NCBI GenBank assembly: GCA_965219415.1 | Contig: CBDCNP010000002.1 | Coordinates: forward strand, 1,728,001-1,792,000 | DNA length: 64,000 nt | Origin: Candidatus Marinacidobacterales bacterium | GTDB taxonomy: Bacteria; Acidobacteriota; Vicinamibacteria; Marinacidobacterales; DATDRI01 | Reading direction: 5' to 3' | In this document: positions 11,586-21,430 of the stretch, one piece after another | Layout of the letters: every line of letters starts with the position of its first letter | Numbering within the stretch: position 1 is the stretch's first letter | Notes under the pieces: generated by a model | Databases searched by the model: none | Told to the model about the DNA's origin: nothing | What the model saw: only the letters and a program-made list of their open reading frames with translations | Made by a program: the position numbers and the translations under genes

Positions 11586-13034
11586 CTACTGCCAATCTGG
11601 CTTGACCGCAAAAAAGAAGCTCTCCTTTCCGCGTTCCACGAACAAGACCACTTCTCGGAGCTTGTCTTGCCGAAGCGCCTCAACGGCGCGCCTAAAGGAG
11701 GCGATGTCGGCAATCTTCTGCTCTCCGAGCTTGACCAAAAGATCTCCCCGTTGTACGCGGTGCGGATTGGTGCGGACGGAAACCGGTGGCTGTTTCACCA
11801 CCACCCCCTCGGCGTCCGGATCGAGGTTCCGGGTTGCCAGATAGTCGAACGTCACCTCGCGCACCGCCATATCCAGCTCGTCCACTTCCACGGTCTCCGC
11901 TTCCCTGGCGCTCTTGGGTGCCGGCGCCAGAGCGGCTACCGTGTCCCGGCGCTCGCCGTCTCGCAGGTAGCCGATCGCCATATCGGTTCCAACACCCGCG
12001 CGCAGCAGCTTCTCCGAGAAGGCTCCGAGGCCCTGGTCCCGGTCCACGCCTATCGGCTGCCCTTGAAGCTCGATCAGAACATCTCCTGTTTGGAGGCCGG
12101 CATCCTCGGCGGGAGACTGGCGATATACATAGCCAAGAATGATGCCCGCCTTGACCGGCAGGCCCTGATGACTTGCAAGCTCCGGTGTCAACGCTTGCAT
12201 CTCTACTCCCAGCCAACCTCTTCTCATGGGAGTGGTTTCGGGAGGTCTCGAGGCAGCGGCGGCGAACAGCTCGGCGGGTCGCGCGAACCCTCTCCCGACC
12301 CCTTTCGGTAAACCTCGCAACACAGAAAGGAATGACAGAGGATTTCTCATGTTGCCGCCGGGCATAGAAACGGTCAGCGCGTCGAGCATTCCCAGTGGCG
12401 TTCCATCCAAATCGCAAACTAGGGAACCCACGGGATCGGCAGCTCCGGTAGCGACCACAAAGCCTTTCGAAGGGTTGGAGACAACGGCCTGGACCCGAGT
12501 GAGCTCCACCGCCAAAGCGGGTCCGAGAGGCTCTGGCAGGAGGCTGATGACCACGACCTGTTGTCCTACCGAAGCCATGGGTGGCTCCCCGAAGACTACG
12601 GGTTCGAACCGGCGACCCTCCGCTTCGATGCGAAAGAAGGCCACGTCCGCTTCGGAATCTCGCCCGAGGAGCGTCCCCGAATACTCGTTCCCATCCACCA
12701 AGCGTAAGCGGGCATCGCTGACTGTGGCGGCCCCCCGACTCACGGTGGCTGGGAAGCGGATTCCAACTCCGTGCGGTACCTGGTTGAAAGGCTCGTAGAT
12801 CATGCCACTTACCATCACCATGCCGTCGGCTGAGATCAAGAGTCCGGTCGTCGTCAGCTCCTCCTCTTGAGGTGGCTCGCCGGTAGAGACCATGACTTGC
12901 TGGGTGTAGCGCACCTGGACCAGGCTCTGCTCATAGCGATCCTCGAGCCGAGACAGCTTCTCCGAGATCGATTCCGGCTGTGGAACCGAGAGAGAGTAAA
13001 GGAGACCGAGTGCAACTGCGAGCTTAACGTGCAT
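11586..13034 (-). CDS. HtrA-like trypsin-fold + two-PDZ protein with degenerate catalytic triad
   Basis: Signal peptide; GRDSEADVAFFRI (Asp) kept, but TNxH and GNSGG motifs replaced (VSGMIY; ADPVGSLV); RGWLGV PDZ entry. Confidence 0.75.
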   Translation of the reverse strand: MHVKLAVALGLLYSLSVPQPESISEKLSRLEDRYEQSLVQVRYTQQVMVSTGEPPQEEELTTTGLLISADGMVMVSGMIYEPFNQVPHGVGIRFPATVSRGAATVSDARLRLVDGNEYSGTLLGRDSEADVAFFRIEAEGRRFEPVVFGEPPMASVGQQVVVISLLPEPLGPALAVELTRVQAVVSNPSKGFVVATGAADPVGSLVCDLDGTPLGMLDALTVSMPGGNMRNPLSFLSVLRGLPKGVGRGFARPAELFAAAASRPPETTPMRRGWLGVEMQALTPELASHQGLPVKAGIILGYVYRQSPAEDAGLQTGDVLIELQGQPIGVDRDQGLGAFSEKLLRAGVGTDMAIGYLRDGERRDTVAALAPAPKSAREAETVEVDELDMAVREVTFDYLATRNLDPDAEGVVVKQPPVSVRTNPHRVQRGDLLVKLGEQKIADIASFRRAVEALRQDKLREVVLFVERGKESFFFAVKPDWQ

Positions 13035-14424
13035 AAGACCCTTCGATGAGAACGAGGCGACGCGAATGCCGACGCATGACGGTCAATAGGACCTCCTTTA
13101 CCTGCTCGTCGTCGAGACGCCGATAGATCTCTCCGAGAGAACCCAGCCCGGGCACATCCTCGTTTTCCACCCGGACAATCCTGTCACCGGGAAAGAGCTG
13201 GGCTCGAAACGCTGGCCCGTTCGGTTTGACCCCTACCACGACCACGCCTTTGTCATCCGGCAGGTTGAACTCCAAGGCGAACTCTCGCGTGATGCCACGC
13301 GCGGTGAATCCCCAACTCTCACATTCCATCTCGTCGGAGATTCCCCGGCTCTGCTCCTCGGTCACAACTTGAAAACGAAGCTCCTCGCCGTTGCGCTCGA
13401 TCAACTGCTCGACCGCGTTGCCCACCGGCGTGTCGGCAATCAACTTGTAGATCGCGGGCAACTCCTCTTGGAACTGAGCCGAGATCTGTTGGCCGCCGTA
13501 GGCCACGAGGACGTCTCCGGCCTGGATTCCAGCGCGCGCCGCCGGAGAGTCGGGCTCCACGCTACGGATGATCACGCCCTGCGATGATTCCGTCTCGAAG
13601 TACTGAGCTAGCTCCTCGCGAGGCTGGAAATCGAGCCCCAACCAGCTGCGCCGAACTCGGCCGTGGTCTATCAGCTCCGCCGCCACCTCTTTAACGATAT
13701 TGATGGGTATGGCGAAGCCGATGCTGGAAGCCCCGAAGGCTCCTCGCGCATTGACGCCCACCACGCTGCCTGCAAGATCGACCAACGGACCGCCACTGTT
13801 TCCGGGATTGATGGCGGCGTCGGTCTGGATCCAAGTGTTGAAAGAGCCGGTGCGTTCGCCGGTCGGAAGCTTGAAATCGTCAGAGAGATAGCGGTCTTTG
13901 CTGCTCACCACCCCGAACGACAGCGACCGCTGCAAAGCGAGCGGGCTCCCCAGAGCCATCACGTACTGACCCACCTCGAGCAAATCGGAATCGCCCAGCG
14001 GTACGGGGTCGGGAAGTTGGAAATCCTCGCCCACGTCGACTCGCAAAACAGCAATGTCGGTGAGCGGATCCTCGCCCACCAGGATACCTGGCACCCGCTG
14101 TCGATCGCTCAATGTAATGATGAGGCGCTTCGCCTTCCCTGCAACGTGGTAATTGGTGACCACGTGCCCCTTTTCGTCGAAGATGAAACCGCTGCCAATA
14201 GCGGTTGAGCTTCGCCTCTCTCCGGAGGAGTAAACATCGGTGATCGGCTGTACGTTGACGAGAGCCGGGGCCACACGATCTCGCGCTGCAAAAATGCGGC
14301 TCTGGAGAACTTCGCCGCCGACCACCTGGCCGGCCGCAGCAGCTCCCGAAAGCAAGGCGAACCCGCACGCGATGGGTATCATATAGATAGATGATGGGGT
14401 GAACCCTGGTCTCGTCGATATCAT
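13024..14424 (-). CDS. DegP/HtrA family serine protease with two PDZ domains
   Basis: TNYHV, DIAV, QTDAAINPGNSGGPL; start placed at ATG 14424 (signal peptide follows). Confidence 0.92.
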   Translation of the reverse strand: MISTRPGFTPSSIYMIPIACGFALLSGAAAAGQVVGGEVLQSRIFAARDRVAPALVNVQPITDVYSSGERRSSTAIGSGFIFDEKGHVVTNYHVAGKAKRLIITLSDRQRVPGILVGEDPLTDIAVLRVDVGEDFQLPDPVPLGDSDLLEVGQYVMALGSPLALQRSLSFGVVSSKDRYLSDDFKLPTGERTGSFNTWIQTDAAINPGNSGGPLVDLAGSVVGVNARGAFGASSIGFAIPINIVKEVAAELIDHGRVRRSWLGLDFQPREELAQYFETESSQGVIIRSVEPDSPAARAGIQAGDVLVAYGGQQISAQFQEELPAIYKLIADTPVGNAVEQLIERNGEELRFQVVTEEQSRGISDEMECESWGFTARGITREFALEFNLPDDKGVVVVGVKPNGPAFRAQLFPGDRIVRVENEDVPGLGSLGEIYRRLDDEQVKEVLLTVMRRHSRRLVLIEGSYAR

Positions 14425-14566
14425 TCTCTTTTTCTCTTTTGGACTTTCCCGCCCGAAATTCGCAGACTCGAGAAAATTCTGAGTTTTCCTGAAAGGGAGG
14501 GCCGGTCGCCGAACCCCCAACCAGCATCGTAGCAAAAAGATCCCGCGTCTCAAAGAGCAAGCTAGT

Positions 14567-14596
14567 TTGACAGCTTCTTCCACCCACCACTAGAAT
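14567..14596 (+). promoter_or_regulatory. Putative sigma70 promoter of the nuo operon
   Basis: TTGACA-N18-TAGAAT 36 nt upstream of nuoA. Confidence 0.55.
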
Positions 14597-14632
14597 CCCT
14601 TTGTTCTAAATAAGAAAGGGCAAAAAGACACG

Positions 14633-15016
14633 ATGGTCGACAGCCTTCCGGCCGGGGCCGCCTTGGCCCTGATGTTCGCTGCGTGTGCGCTGGTGGTCGG
14701 AGGCATGATGGTGGCCGGACGCCTACTCGGCAGGTCTGCATCTCCTGAAACCATCGCGCCGCATTCGCCGAAACACGAGCCCTTCGAGTGCGGCGCCGAG
14801 GAGGTGGCTCCACTTCCGTCTCATTTCTCGGTCAAGTATTACCGGGTGGCGATCCTCTTTCTTCTATTTGATGTGGAAATCGTTTTCTTTTACGCCTGGG
14901 CCGCGGCCTTCGATCAACTGGGTGTGGGCGGATACGTGGCGATGTTGTTCTTTGGCGGCCTCCTGGCGGTCGGGCTCGCCTACGAGTGGAGGTCAGGGGC
15001 TCTCGAATGGGACTGA
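14633..15016 (+). CDS. nuoA: NADH-quinone oxidoreductase subunit A
   Basis: KHEPFECG, FLLFDVEIVF, YEWRSGALEWD. Confidence 0.95.
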   Translation: MVDSLPAGAALALMFAACALVVGGMMVAGRLLGRSASPETIAPHSPKHEPFECGAEEVAPLPSHFSVKYYRVAILFLLFDVEIVFFYAWAAAFDQLGVGGYVAMLFFGGLLAVGLAYEWRSGALEWD

Positions 15017-15528
15017 TGGAGGGCCTCGACAACAGTGTTGTCACCGGCAGACTGGATCGAGCGGTCGGCTGGGCCCGCAAGTTCTCTTTGTTCAACCTTC
15101 CTTTTGTAACCGCCTGTTGCGGCTTGGAGTACATGTCGGTGCAGAGCGCCCACTACGACATGGACCGTTTCGGCGCCGCCTTTCCCAGGTTCTCGCCCCG
15201 CCAGTCCGACTTGCTGATGGTCGTAGGAACCATCAGCCACAAGATGGCTCCCGTCCTCGTCAGAGTCTATGAACAAATGTGCGAGCCCAAGTGGGTGGTC
15301 TCCTTCGGAGTCTGCACGATCTCCGGTGGGTTTTACGATAATTACTGCACCTTGATGGGCATCGATCGAGTGATCCCGGTGGATATGTACATCCCGGGGT
15401 GCCCGCCTCGTCCCGAGATGGTGCTGGACGGGCTGGTGAAGCTCCAAGAGAAGATCCAGCATTCCGGGAACGAGTCCACCAACCGGGAGCGGCCCGGACA
15501 TTTTTCAAACCCGGCCGACTCAGCATGA
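15007..15528 (+). CDS. nuoB: NADH-quinone oxidoreductase subunit B
   Basis: TACCGLE, SPRQSD, IPGCPPRPE. Confidence 0.95.
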   Translation: MGLMEGLDNSVVTGRLDRAVGWARKFSLFNLPFVTACCGLEYMSVQSAHYDMDRFGAAFPRFSPRQSDLLMVVGTISHKMAPVLVRVYEQMCEPKWVVSFGVCTISGGFYDNYCTLMGIDRVIPVDMYIPGCPPRPEMVLDGLVKLQEKIQHSGNESTNRERPGHFSNPADSA

Positions 15529-16097
15529 ACGTCCCTCCTCCCACGTGGCCCGAGGCTCTCGACAAACTCGCCGAAGAACTGGGACCGCGTCTCGTCCGAC
15601 GAGACTCTCCACGTGGCGAGGTGACGGTGGTTGTGTCCGCCGACGCCTGGTTCGAGGCGTGCCAACGACTGAAGGGCGACCTCGCGTTCGACATGCTGAC
15701 CGATCTGACGGTCGTGGATCTCGCACCGCTCGAGAGATCGCCGGCCCTCGAGCTGGTTGCTCATTTGTACTCGATCCAAAGGAACCACCGGCTGCGTGTG
15801 AAGGCATCGGTCTCGGGCAGAAAACTGGAAGTCGCTAGTCTCACGCCCCTGTGGAAGAACGCCAACTGGTTGGAGCGGGAAGCGTGGGACATGTTCGGCG
15901 TTCGATTCGGAGGCCATCCAGACCTTAGGCGCATCCTCCTTTACTCAGAGTTCGAGGGTCACGCACTTAGGAAGGACTACCCTCTTCGCAAGCGACAACC
16001 GCTGGTCACCGAGCGAGAGGTCGACGAGCCCAACTCGATGTCCAGCGAGCCGATTCGGCATCCGGCCGAGACCCGATTCAAGACTTTCGGAGTATGA
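15525..16097 (+). CDS. nuoC: NADH-quinone oxidoreductase subunit C
   Basis: ANWLEREAWDMFG, GHPDLRRIL, GHALRKDYP; ATGA overlap with nuoB. Confidence 0.93.
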   Translation: MNVPPPTWPEALDKLAEELGPRLVRRDSPRGEVTVVVSADAWFEACQRLKGDLAFDMLTDLTVVDLAPLERSPALELVAHLYSIQRNHRLRVKASVSGRKLEVASLTPLWKNANWLEREAWDMFGVRFGGHPDLRRILLYSEFEGHALRKDYPLRKRQPLVTEREVDEPNSMSSEPIRHPAETRFKTFGV

Positions 16098-16098
16098 C

Positions 16099-17445
16099 TT
16101 GAAGAAGGCGTTCTCCCCAGAGCCGCGTCGGGATCACATGTTCCTCAACATGGGGCCGGCGCATCCCGCCATGCACGGCATCATCAAGATCCAGTTGGAG
16201 CTCGATGGCGAGACGGTGGTGAGCTCGGATGTGGAGATCGGCTATTTGCATCGAGGATTCGAAAAGACTTGTGAGAACCGAACCTACACTCAAGTCGTGC
16301 CCTATACCGACCGGCTCAACTACGTCTCCCCGCTCATCAACGAAGTCGGTTACTGCTTAACGGTAGAAAAGCTCTTCGGCCTGACCGTGACCCGGCGCGC
16401 TCAATACATTCGGGTCTTGATGTGCGAAGTTTCCCGCATCACCGATCACCTGACGAGCGTGGGCGCCAGCGCTATGGAGCTGGGCGCATTCAGTGCTTTT
16501 CTCTATATGATCAAGGCCCGCGAGATCCTCTACGATCTCATCGAGAACGTTACCGGGGCGCGCGTCATGCCCAACTACATTCGGATCGGGGGACTGAAGT
16601 CCGATCTACCGGAGGGTTTCGAAGTCTCGGCACGGGTCGCGGTCGAAGAGGTCCGGCAAATCCTCGCGGAAGTTCACGCCCTCCTTACGCGAAACCGTAT
16701 TTTCGTGGACCGGCTGAGCGGGCTGGGCGTGATCTCGGCCGAGGACGCGGTGAGCCACGGTTTCACCGGTCCATGCCTCCGCTCGACCGGGGTCGGTTAT
16801 GACGTTCGCAAGGCCGAGCCGTACCTGGTCTACGACCGACTCGACTTCGATGTTCCGGTGGGCGAGACGGGCGATAACTACGATCGCTACCTGGTCCGCA
16901 TGGAAGAGATGGAGCAAAGTCTCCGCCTCGTCGAACAGTGCTTGGCGCAGATGCCGCAAGGCGCCTATCAAATGGACCTCACCGGGCGGGAGATGACGCC
17001 GGCTCAGCTTATCGAGGAAGCGAAACTGAAGCCGGAATTGGAACCGATCCGACGAGCACGTATCCCTCTCAGCCCCGACCTCGAAGGCACCGAAAAGAGG
17101 AACCTTCAAAACGTCGTGGTGCAGGACAAGACGGTCGTGTTCCCGCCGAAAGAGGATACCTACGGAAACATCGAAGGGCTGATGCAGCATTTCAAGCTGG
17201 TCATGTACGGACACGGCATCCGGCCACCCAAGGGAGAGGTCTATCAGGCCGTGGAAGGAGGCAACGGCGAGCTCGGTTTCTACCTGGTCTCGGACGGTAC
17301 CGACATGCCCTTCCGCCTCCGTTGCCGTGGTCCGTGCTTTCACCTGATGTCCGGTCTCAGCAGAATGATCGAAGGACAGACGGTTGCGGACGTCGTGCCA
17401 ACATTCGGCTCCATCAACATGATTGGTGGCGAGCTAGACCGGTAA
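16099..17445 (+). CDS. nuoD: NADH-quinone oxidoreductase subunit D (with internal insertion)
   Basis: NMGPAHPAMHG, GYLHRGFEK, DRLNYVS, C-terminal GELDR. Confidence 0.95.
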   Translation: MKKAFSPEPRRDHMFLNMGPAHPAMHGIIKIQLELDGETVVSSDVEIGYLHRGFEKTCENRTYTQVVPYTDRLNYVSPLINEVGYCLTVEKLFGLTVTRRAQYIRVLMCEVSRITDHLTSVGASAMELGAFSAFLYMIKAREILYDLIENVTGARVMPNYIRIGGLKSDLPEGFEVSARVAVEEVRQILAEVHALLTRNRIFVDRLSGLGVISAEDAVSHGFTGPCLRSTGVGYDVRKAEPYLVYDRLDFDVPVGETGDNYDRYLVRMEEMEQSLRLVEQCLAQMPQGAYQMDLTGREMTPAQLIEEAKLKPELEPIRRARIPLSPDLEGTEKRNLQNVVVQDKTVVFPPKEDTYGNIEGLMQHFKLVMYGHGIRPPKGEVYQAVEGGNGELGFYLVSDGTDMPFRLRCRGPCFHLMSGLSRMIEGQTVADVVPTFGSINMIGGELDR

Positions 17446-17459
17446 CCGAAGAGCGCGCC

Positions 17460-19007
17460 ATGCCCACCCTCAAGATCAACGGCGAGGAGATTACCGTCGA
17501 CCCAGGCACCACAGTGATCCAAGCTGCCGATCGCCTAGGCGTCCGCATCCCACGCTACTGCTATCACCCCGGGCTCTCGATCGAGGGCAACTGTCGCATC
17601 TGCACCGTCGAGATCGAAAATCTGCCGAAATTGACGACCGCCTGCACGACCCCGGCGACGGACGGCATGGTGGTCTGGACCGATACACCGGACGTCGAGA
17701 AAGCCCGCCAAGGAGTCCTGGAGTTCTTGCTGCTGTCCCACCCACTCGACTGCCCGGTTTGTGACGCGGCCGGCGAATGCGATCTACAGAACTACTACAT
17801 GGCCTACGGACGTCAAGAGGCGCGCTTCGCGGAGAGCAAACTCAAGCGACGTAAGGCGGCCGATATCGGACCCACCGTTCTGCTGGACAACGAAAGATGT
17901 ATTCTCTGCACGCGCTGCGTGCGTTTTACGAACGAGGTGAGCCGTAGTTACGAACTTGGCGTGGCCCATCGCGGCTCTCGTTCCGAGATCACACTTTTTC
18001 CAGGGAAAAAACTCGAGAACTTGTATTCCGGATGCGTCGTCGATATTTGCCCGGTGGGAGCGCTCACCGACAAAGACTTCCGCTTCGAAGTCCGCCCCTG
18101 GTACCTACGGTCGACTCCTTCGGTTTGTCCACATTGCAGCCGAGGCTGCAATATCGTCGTCGATTGGCAGACCGCGCGGCCGCATCATGAGGAAGGCAAA
18201 AGGGTCTTTCGCATCCGGCCCCGCTATAACGAAGACGTCAATCGTTGGTGGATGTGTGACATCGGCCGCTATGGCTATCGATTCGTGGACTCACCCGACC
18301 GTTTGCGTTCGCCCCTGTTGCGATCCGAGAAAAGCGAGGAGATGGAGCCGGCGAGTTGGGGTTCCGCTGTCGAAGAAGCCGGTTCGATACTCGCCGAACG
18401 CCCAGCCTTACTCATCTCCGCCGAGGCATCCAACGAAGAGCTTTGGGCCTTTCGCAAACTACTGGGTGACGGGACGAGGGTGATTTGCTGGGTTCCACCC
18501 TCCCAGCCGCCCGACGAGCTTCTTTTTACTGGAGAGCGCGCTCCGAACCGGCGGGGGGCCGAGCTCATGGGATACGACTTCATCCAAGACAAAGATCCCG
18601 GCATGGCGGTTCGTGAGGCCGCCACCTCCGCAAAGTCCTTACTGGTGGTGGGAAGGGCGTTCGTCGATTCTTTGCGAGCCGCGCCGCAGTCGGTTCCCGT
18701 TGTCGCGGTCACATCCATGTGGAGGAGCGGTAACGCTCGGGTCGCACTGGCGTCCGCGGTTTGGGCCGAGAAGGAAGGCACTTTTACAAACATAGACAGT
18801 CGCGTACAACGTTTTCAGAAGGCGGTGGATCCGATCGACGCCGCTCGGACCGAGCTCGAGATCGCATCGGCTCTCGGGAAGAGTTGGGGTGTGCCGCTTC
18901 CCGCCGACCCTCGGGAAGCCTTCGACTCGCTGGCGACAGAGGTGAGCGCCTTCTCGGATCTGTCCTTCGAAGACATCGGCGATACGGGAAAACCCGCTAC
19001 CTCATAA
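17460..19007 (+). CDS. nuoG: NuoG-like Fe-S subunit (short, 515 aa)
   Basis: PRYCYHP..GNCRIC, HPLDCPVCD..GEC, RCILCTRCVRF, CPVGAL, CPHCSRGC; ATG at 17460. Confidence 0.85.
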   Translation: MPTLKINGEEITVDPGTTVIQAADRLGVRIPRYCYHPGLSIEGNCRICTVEIENLPKLTTACTTPATDGMVVWTDTPDVEKARQGVLEFLLLSHPLDCPVCDAAGECDLQNYYMAYGRQEARFAESKLKRRKAADIGPTVLLDNERCILCTRCVRFTNEVSRSYELGVAHRGSRSEITLFPGKKLENLYSGCVVDICPVGALTDKDFRFEVRPWYLRSTPSVCPHCSRGCNIVVDWQTARPHHEEGKRVFRIRPRYNEDVNRWWMCDIGRYGYRFVDSPDRLRSPLLRSEKSEEMEPASWGSAVEEAGSILAERPALLISAEASNEELWAFRKLLGDGTRVICWVPPSQPPDELLFTGERAPNRRGAELMGYDFIQDKDPGMAVREAATSAKSLLVVGRAFVDSLRAAPQSVPVVAVTSMWRSGNARVALASAVWAEKEGTFTNIDSRVQRFQKAVDPIDAARTELEIASALGKSWGVPLPADPREAFDSLATEVSAFSDLSFEDIGDTGKPATS

Positions 19008-19014
19008 ACCACTC

Positions 19015-20094
19015 ATGTTCATCGAGACGACCATCACGCTTGCCAAGATCGCTCTGGTTCTCGGTGCTGTCTTGAACTTTGCTCTGTTCCTCACCTGGGT
19101 AGAGAGAAAGCAAAGCGCCGTCATTCAAGATCGGATCGGCGCCAATCGTGCGTCCATTTTCGGAGTCCGCGCGCTCGGCCTCTTCCATCCGATCGCCGAC
19201 GGCCTCAAGATGCTGACCAAGGAAAACTTTATCCCCAGATCGGCCGACCGATTCTTGTACCCGCTGGCCCCTTTTATTTCTTTGTTCTTCGCGCTGGCCA
19301 CGTTCGCGGTCATTCCCTTTGGCGATGTGTTGCACGTGGGAGAACGGGAGATCCAACTTCAGGTCGCAGACCTCGATATCGGCGTACTCTTCATCTTTGC
19401 TTTCGCGGGGCTCGGGATCTACGGAACCGTGCTAGCCGGTTGGGCTTCCGGGAACAAGTGGTCTCTTTTGGGTTCGCTACGCGCCGGCGCGCAGATGATC
19501 GCCTACGAAGTTACCCTCGGCCTTACCATCGTCGGAGTCCTGATGATTTTCGGCTCGGTCGCGCTCGACGAGATCGTCCATGCCCAGGGAGACCTCGTGT
19601 ACGGCGTTCCACGGTGGGGCATCTTGGTTCAACCCCTGGGGTTCTTGCTGTTTTTGGTCGCGGCGACGGCGGAGACGAAGAGGCCACCTTTCGATGTTCC
19701 GGAAGGTGAATCGGAAATCATCGGTTACCATCTCGAGTACTCGGGCATCAAGTTCGGGATGTTCATGATGACCGATTTCGTGGAGTCGATCATGGCGGCC
19801 GGCGTCGCGGCAACACTCTTCCTGGGCGGTTGGCAAGTACCTTACTTGGAAGCGAGCGGTTTCGTTTTCCCGTGGGGCACGACTTGGGAGCTTCCCCACC
19901 TTGCTGTGGTACTGCTCCAGGTATTAGCCTTCGCGCTAAAGGTGTGCGCCGTTTCGTGGCTCTTAATGCAAACCCGTTGGACGCTGCCCCGGCTCCGTTA
20001 CGACCAAGTCCTCAGACTGGGTTGGAAGATGCTACTCCCCGCGTCTTTGGTGAACGTCTTCGTCACCGGACTGGTGCTCCTATTATTAAGGTAG
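19015..20094 (+). CDS. nuoH: NADH-quinone oxidoreductase subunit H
   Basis: ERKQSAVIQDRIG, ADGLKMLTKE, AETKRPPFD, TLPRLRYDQ. Confidence 0.95.
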   Translation: MFIETTITLAKIALVLGAVLNFALFLTWVERKQSAVIQDRIGANRASIFGVRALGLFHPIADGLKMLTKENFIPRSADRFLYPLAPFISLFFALATFAVIPFGDVLHVGEREIQLQVADLDIGVLFIFAFAGLGIYGTVLAGWASGNKWSLLGSLRAGAQMIAYEVTLGLTIVGVLMIFGSVALDEIVHAQGDLVYGVPRWGILVQPLGFLLFLVAATAETKRPPFDVPEGESEIIGYHLEYSGIKFGMFMMTDFVESIMAAGVAATLFLGGWQVPYLEASGFVFPWGTTWELPHLAVVLLQVLAFALKVCAVSWLLMQTRWTLPRLRYDQVLRLGWKMLLPASLVNVFVTGLVLLLLR

Positions 20095-20212
20095 AGGGAG
20101 GGCCCCCCGGGATTCGAAGAAGGTTGATGTGAGTTCAACTCCGGTGTTCCCCATACACCAACGAGTTATCGGGTCTAATCACGTAGACGAAAGGAAGTAC
20201 CAGAAAGGTTCC

Positions 20213-21253
20213 GTGAGCTTGGAAATCGCCCTATTGGCTGCATTCGTGGTGGCAGCAGCATTGATGGCCCTGGCGGTGGCCCTGTTCTTCTTTGCGGGGG
20301 CGCGGCGTCCGGGTGGGTCTTCGGAGGGCATCACTCTCGTCCAACAACAGCTCAATGCCATCCGATCCGAGCTCGCGGGCTACATGCAGCACCAGTCGAC
20401 ACAGCTCGAGCAGGCCCATGAAACGATGGGCGATCGGCTGGATCGAGCATCGACCAGCGTTGCCGAGGTCCGTCAACAACTAGGTGTTCTCGAGCAGGCT
20501 ACCGTGCGCGTTCTCGAGGTTGGGAAAACGGTGGCAGGCATCGAGAACCTCCTCCGCGCTCCCAAAATGAGGGGGGTGCTGGGCGAGACTCTTCTCACCG
20601 AGCTAATCCCCCAAGTGCTCCCGCCGACCCTCTTCGAGCTCCAGTACGCGTTCAAGAGTGGGGAGAGAGTCGACGCTGCGGTACACGTCGGTGAGAACCT
20701 TCTCCCCATCGACGCCAAGTTTCCTCTCGAGAACCTGAGGCGCGCCGACGAGGCGCCCGCGGCGGAGCGGGATGCATTTCTCCGCGCCTTCTCGCGGGAT
20801 TTCAGGAAGCACGTGGACGCGATCGCGAACAAGTACATCTTGCCGGGTGAAGGCACACTTCCGATGGCGTTCCTTTACGTGCCGGCAGAAAACGTATACC
20901 AGCAGGCCATCTTGGGCGAGTGGGAGCTCGCGGAATACGCGATCTCGCGCCGTGTGGTTCCCATGGGCCCGCTCGGACTCTACGCGTTCCTCCAGAGTGC
21001 TCTATTGGGAACGCGCAGCGCGGCCGTTCCAGCCCAGGCTCGGGAGCTCCTCGCCGGACTCGAACAGATCGCTATCGAGCTGGGGCAGCTGGAAGAAGAG
21101 ATGGCCAAGTTGGGACGCCACCTCGGCCTCGCCCGCAACAACCTCCAGCAAATGGAACGGCGAACCGGACACCTTTCGGAAACCGTCGATGGTGCGCGTT
21201 CCTCGCTAGACGTGGGAACCGCCGTCCCGCGAGGCACGTCCCGTGACGACTAG
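20213..21253 (+). CDS. rmuC: DNA recombination protein RmuC
   Basis: N-terminal TM helix, coiled coil, RGVLGE, PIDAKFP, KYI, YVPAE; GTG start assumed. Confidence 0.85.
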   Translation: MSLEIALLAAFVVAAALMALAVALFFFAGARRPGGSSEGITLVQQQLNAIRSELAGYMQHQSTQLEQAHETMGDRLDRASTSVAEVRQQLGVLEQATVRVLEVGKTVAGIENLLRAPKMRGVLGETLLTELIPQVLPPTLFELQYAFKSGERVDAAVHVGENLLPIDAKFPLENLRRADEAPAAERDAFLRAFSRDFRKHVDAIANKYILPGEGTLPMAFLYVPAENVYQQAILGEWELAEYAISRRVVPMGPLGLYAFLQSALLGTRSAAVPAQARELLAGLEQIAIELGQLEEEMAKLGRHLGLARNNLQQMERRTGHLSETVDGARSSLDVGTAVPRGTSRDD

Positions 21254-21430
21254 ACTCCTTCTTGCGAGACGCTCCCCTTCGGACGTACACTATGCGCCGC
21301 TCTCGGGGAGCTGCCTGGCCCTCGAATTCGGGATTCCATCCTCTCTATCGCCGGGCCACACCGGAGAAACCCTAGGAAAAGGTCTTCGTCGTCTAGAGAT
21401 TGAGTTACATTTTTAGGAAGGAATGAGTAG

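Noticed and set aside
16938-17459. 174-aa N-terminal extension of the 689-aa ORF on NuoG
   Set aside because: It overlaps nuoD in another frame; NuoG homology begins at the ATG at 17460
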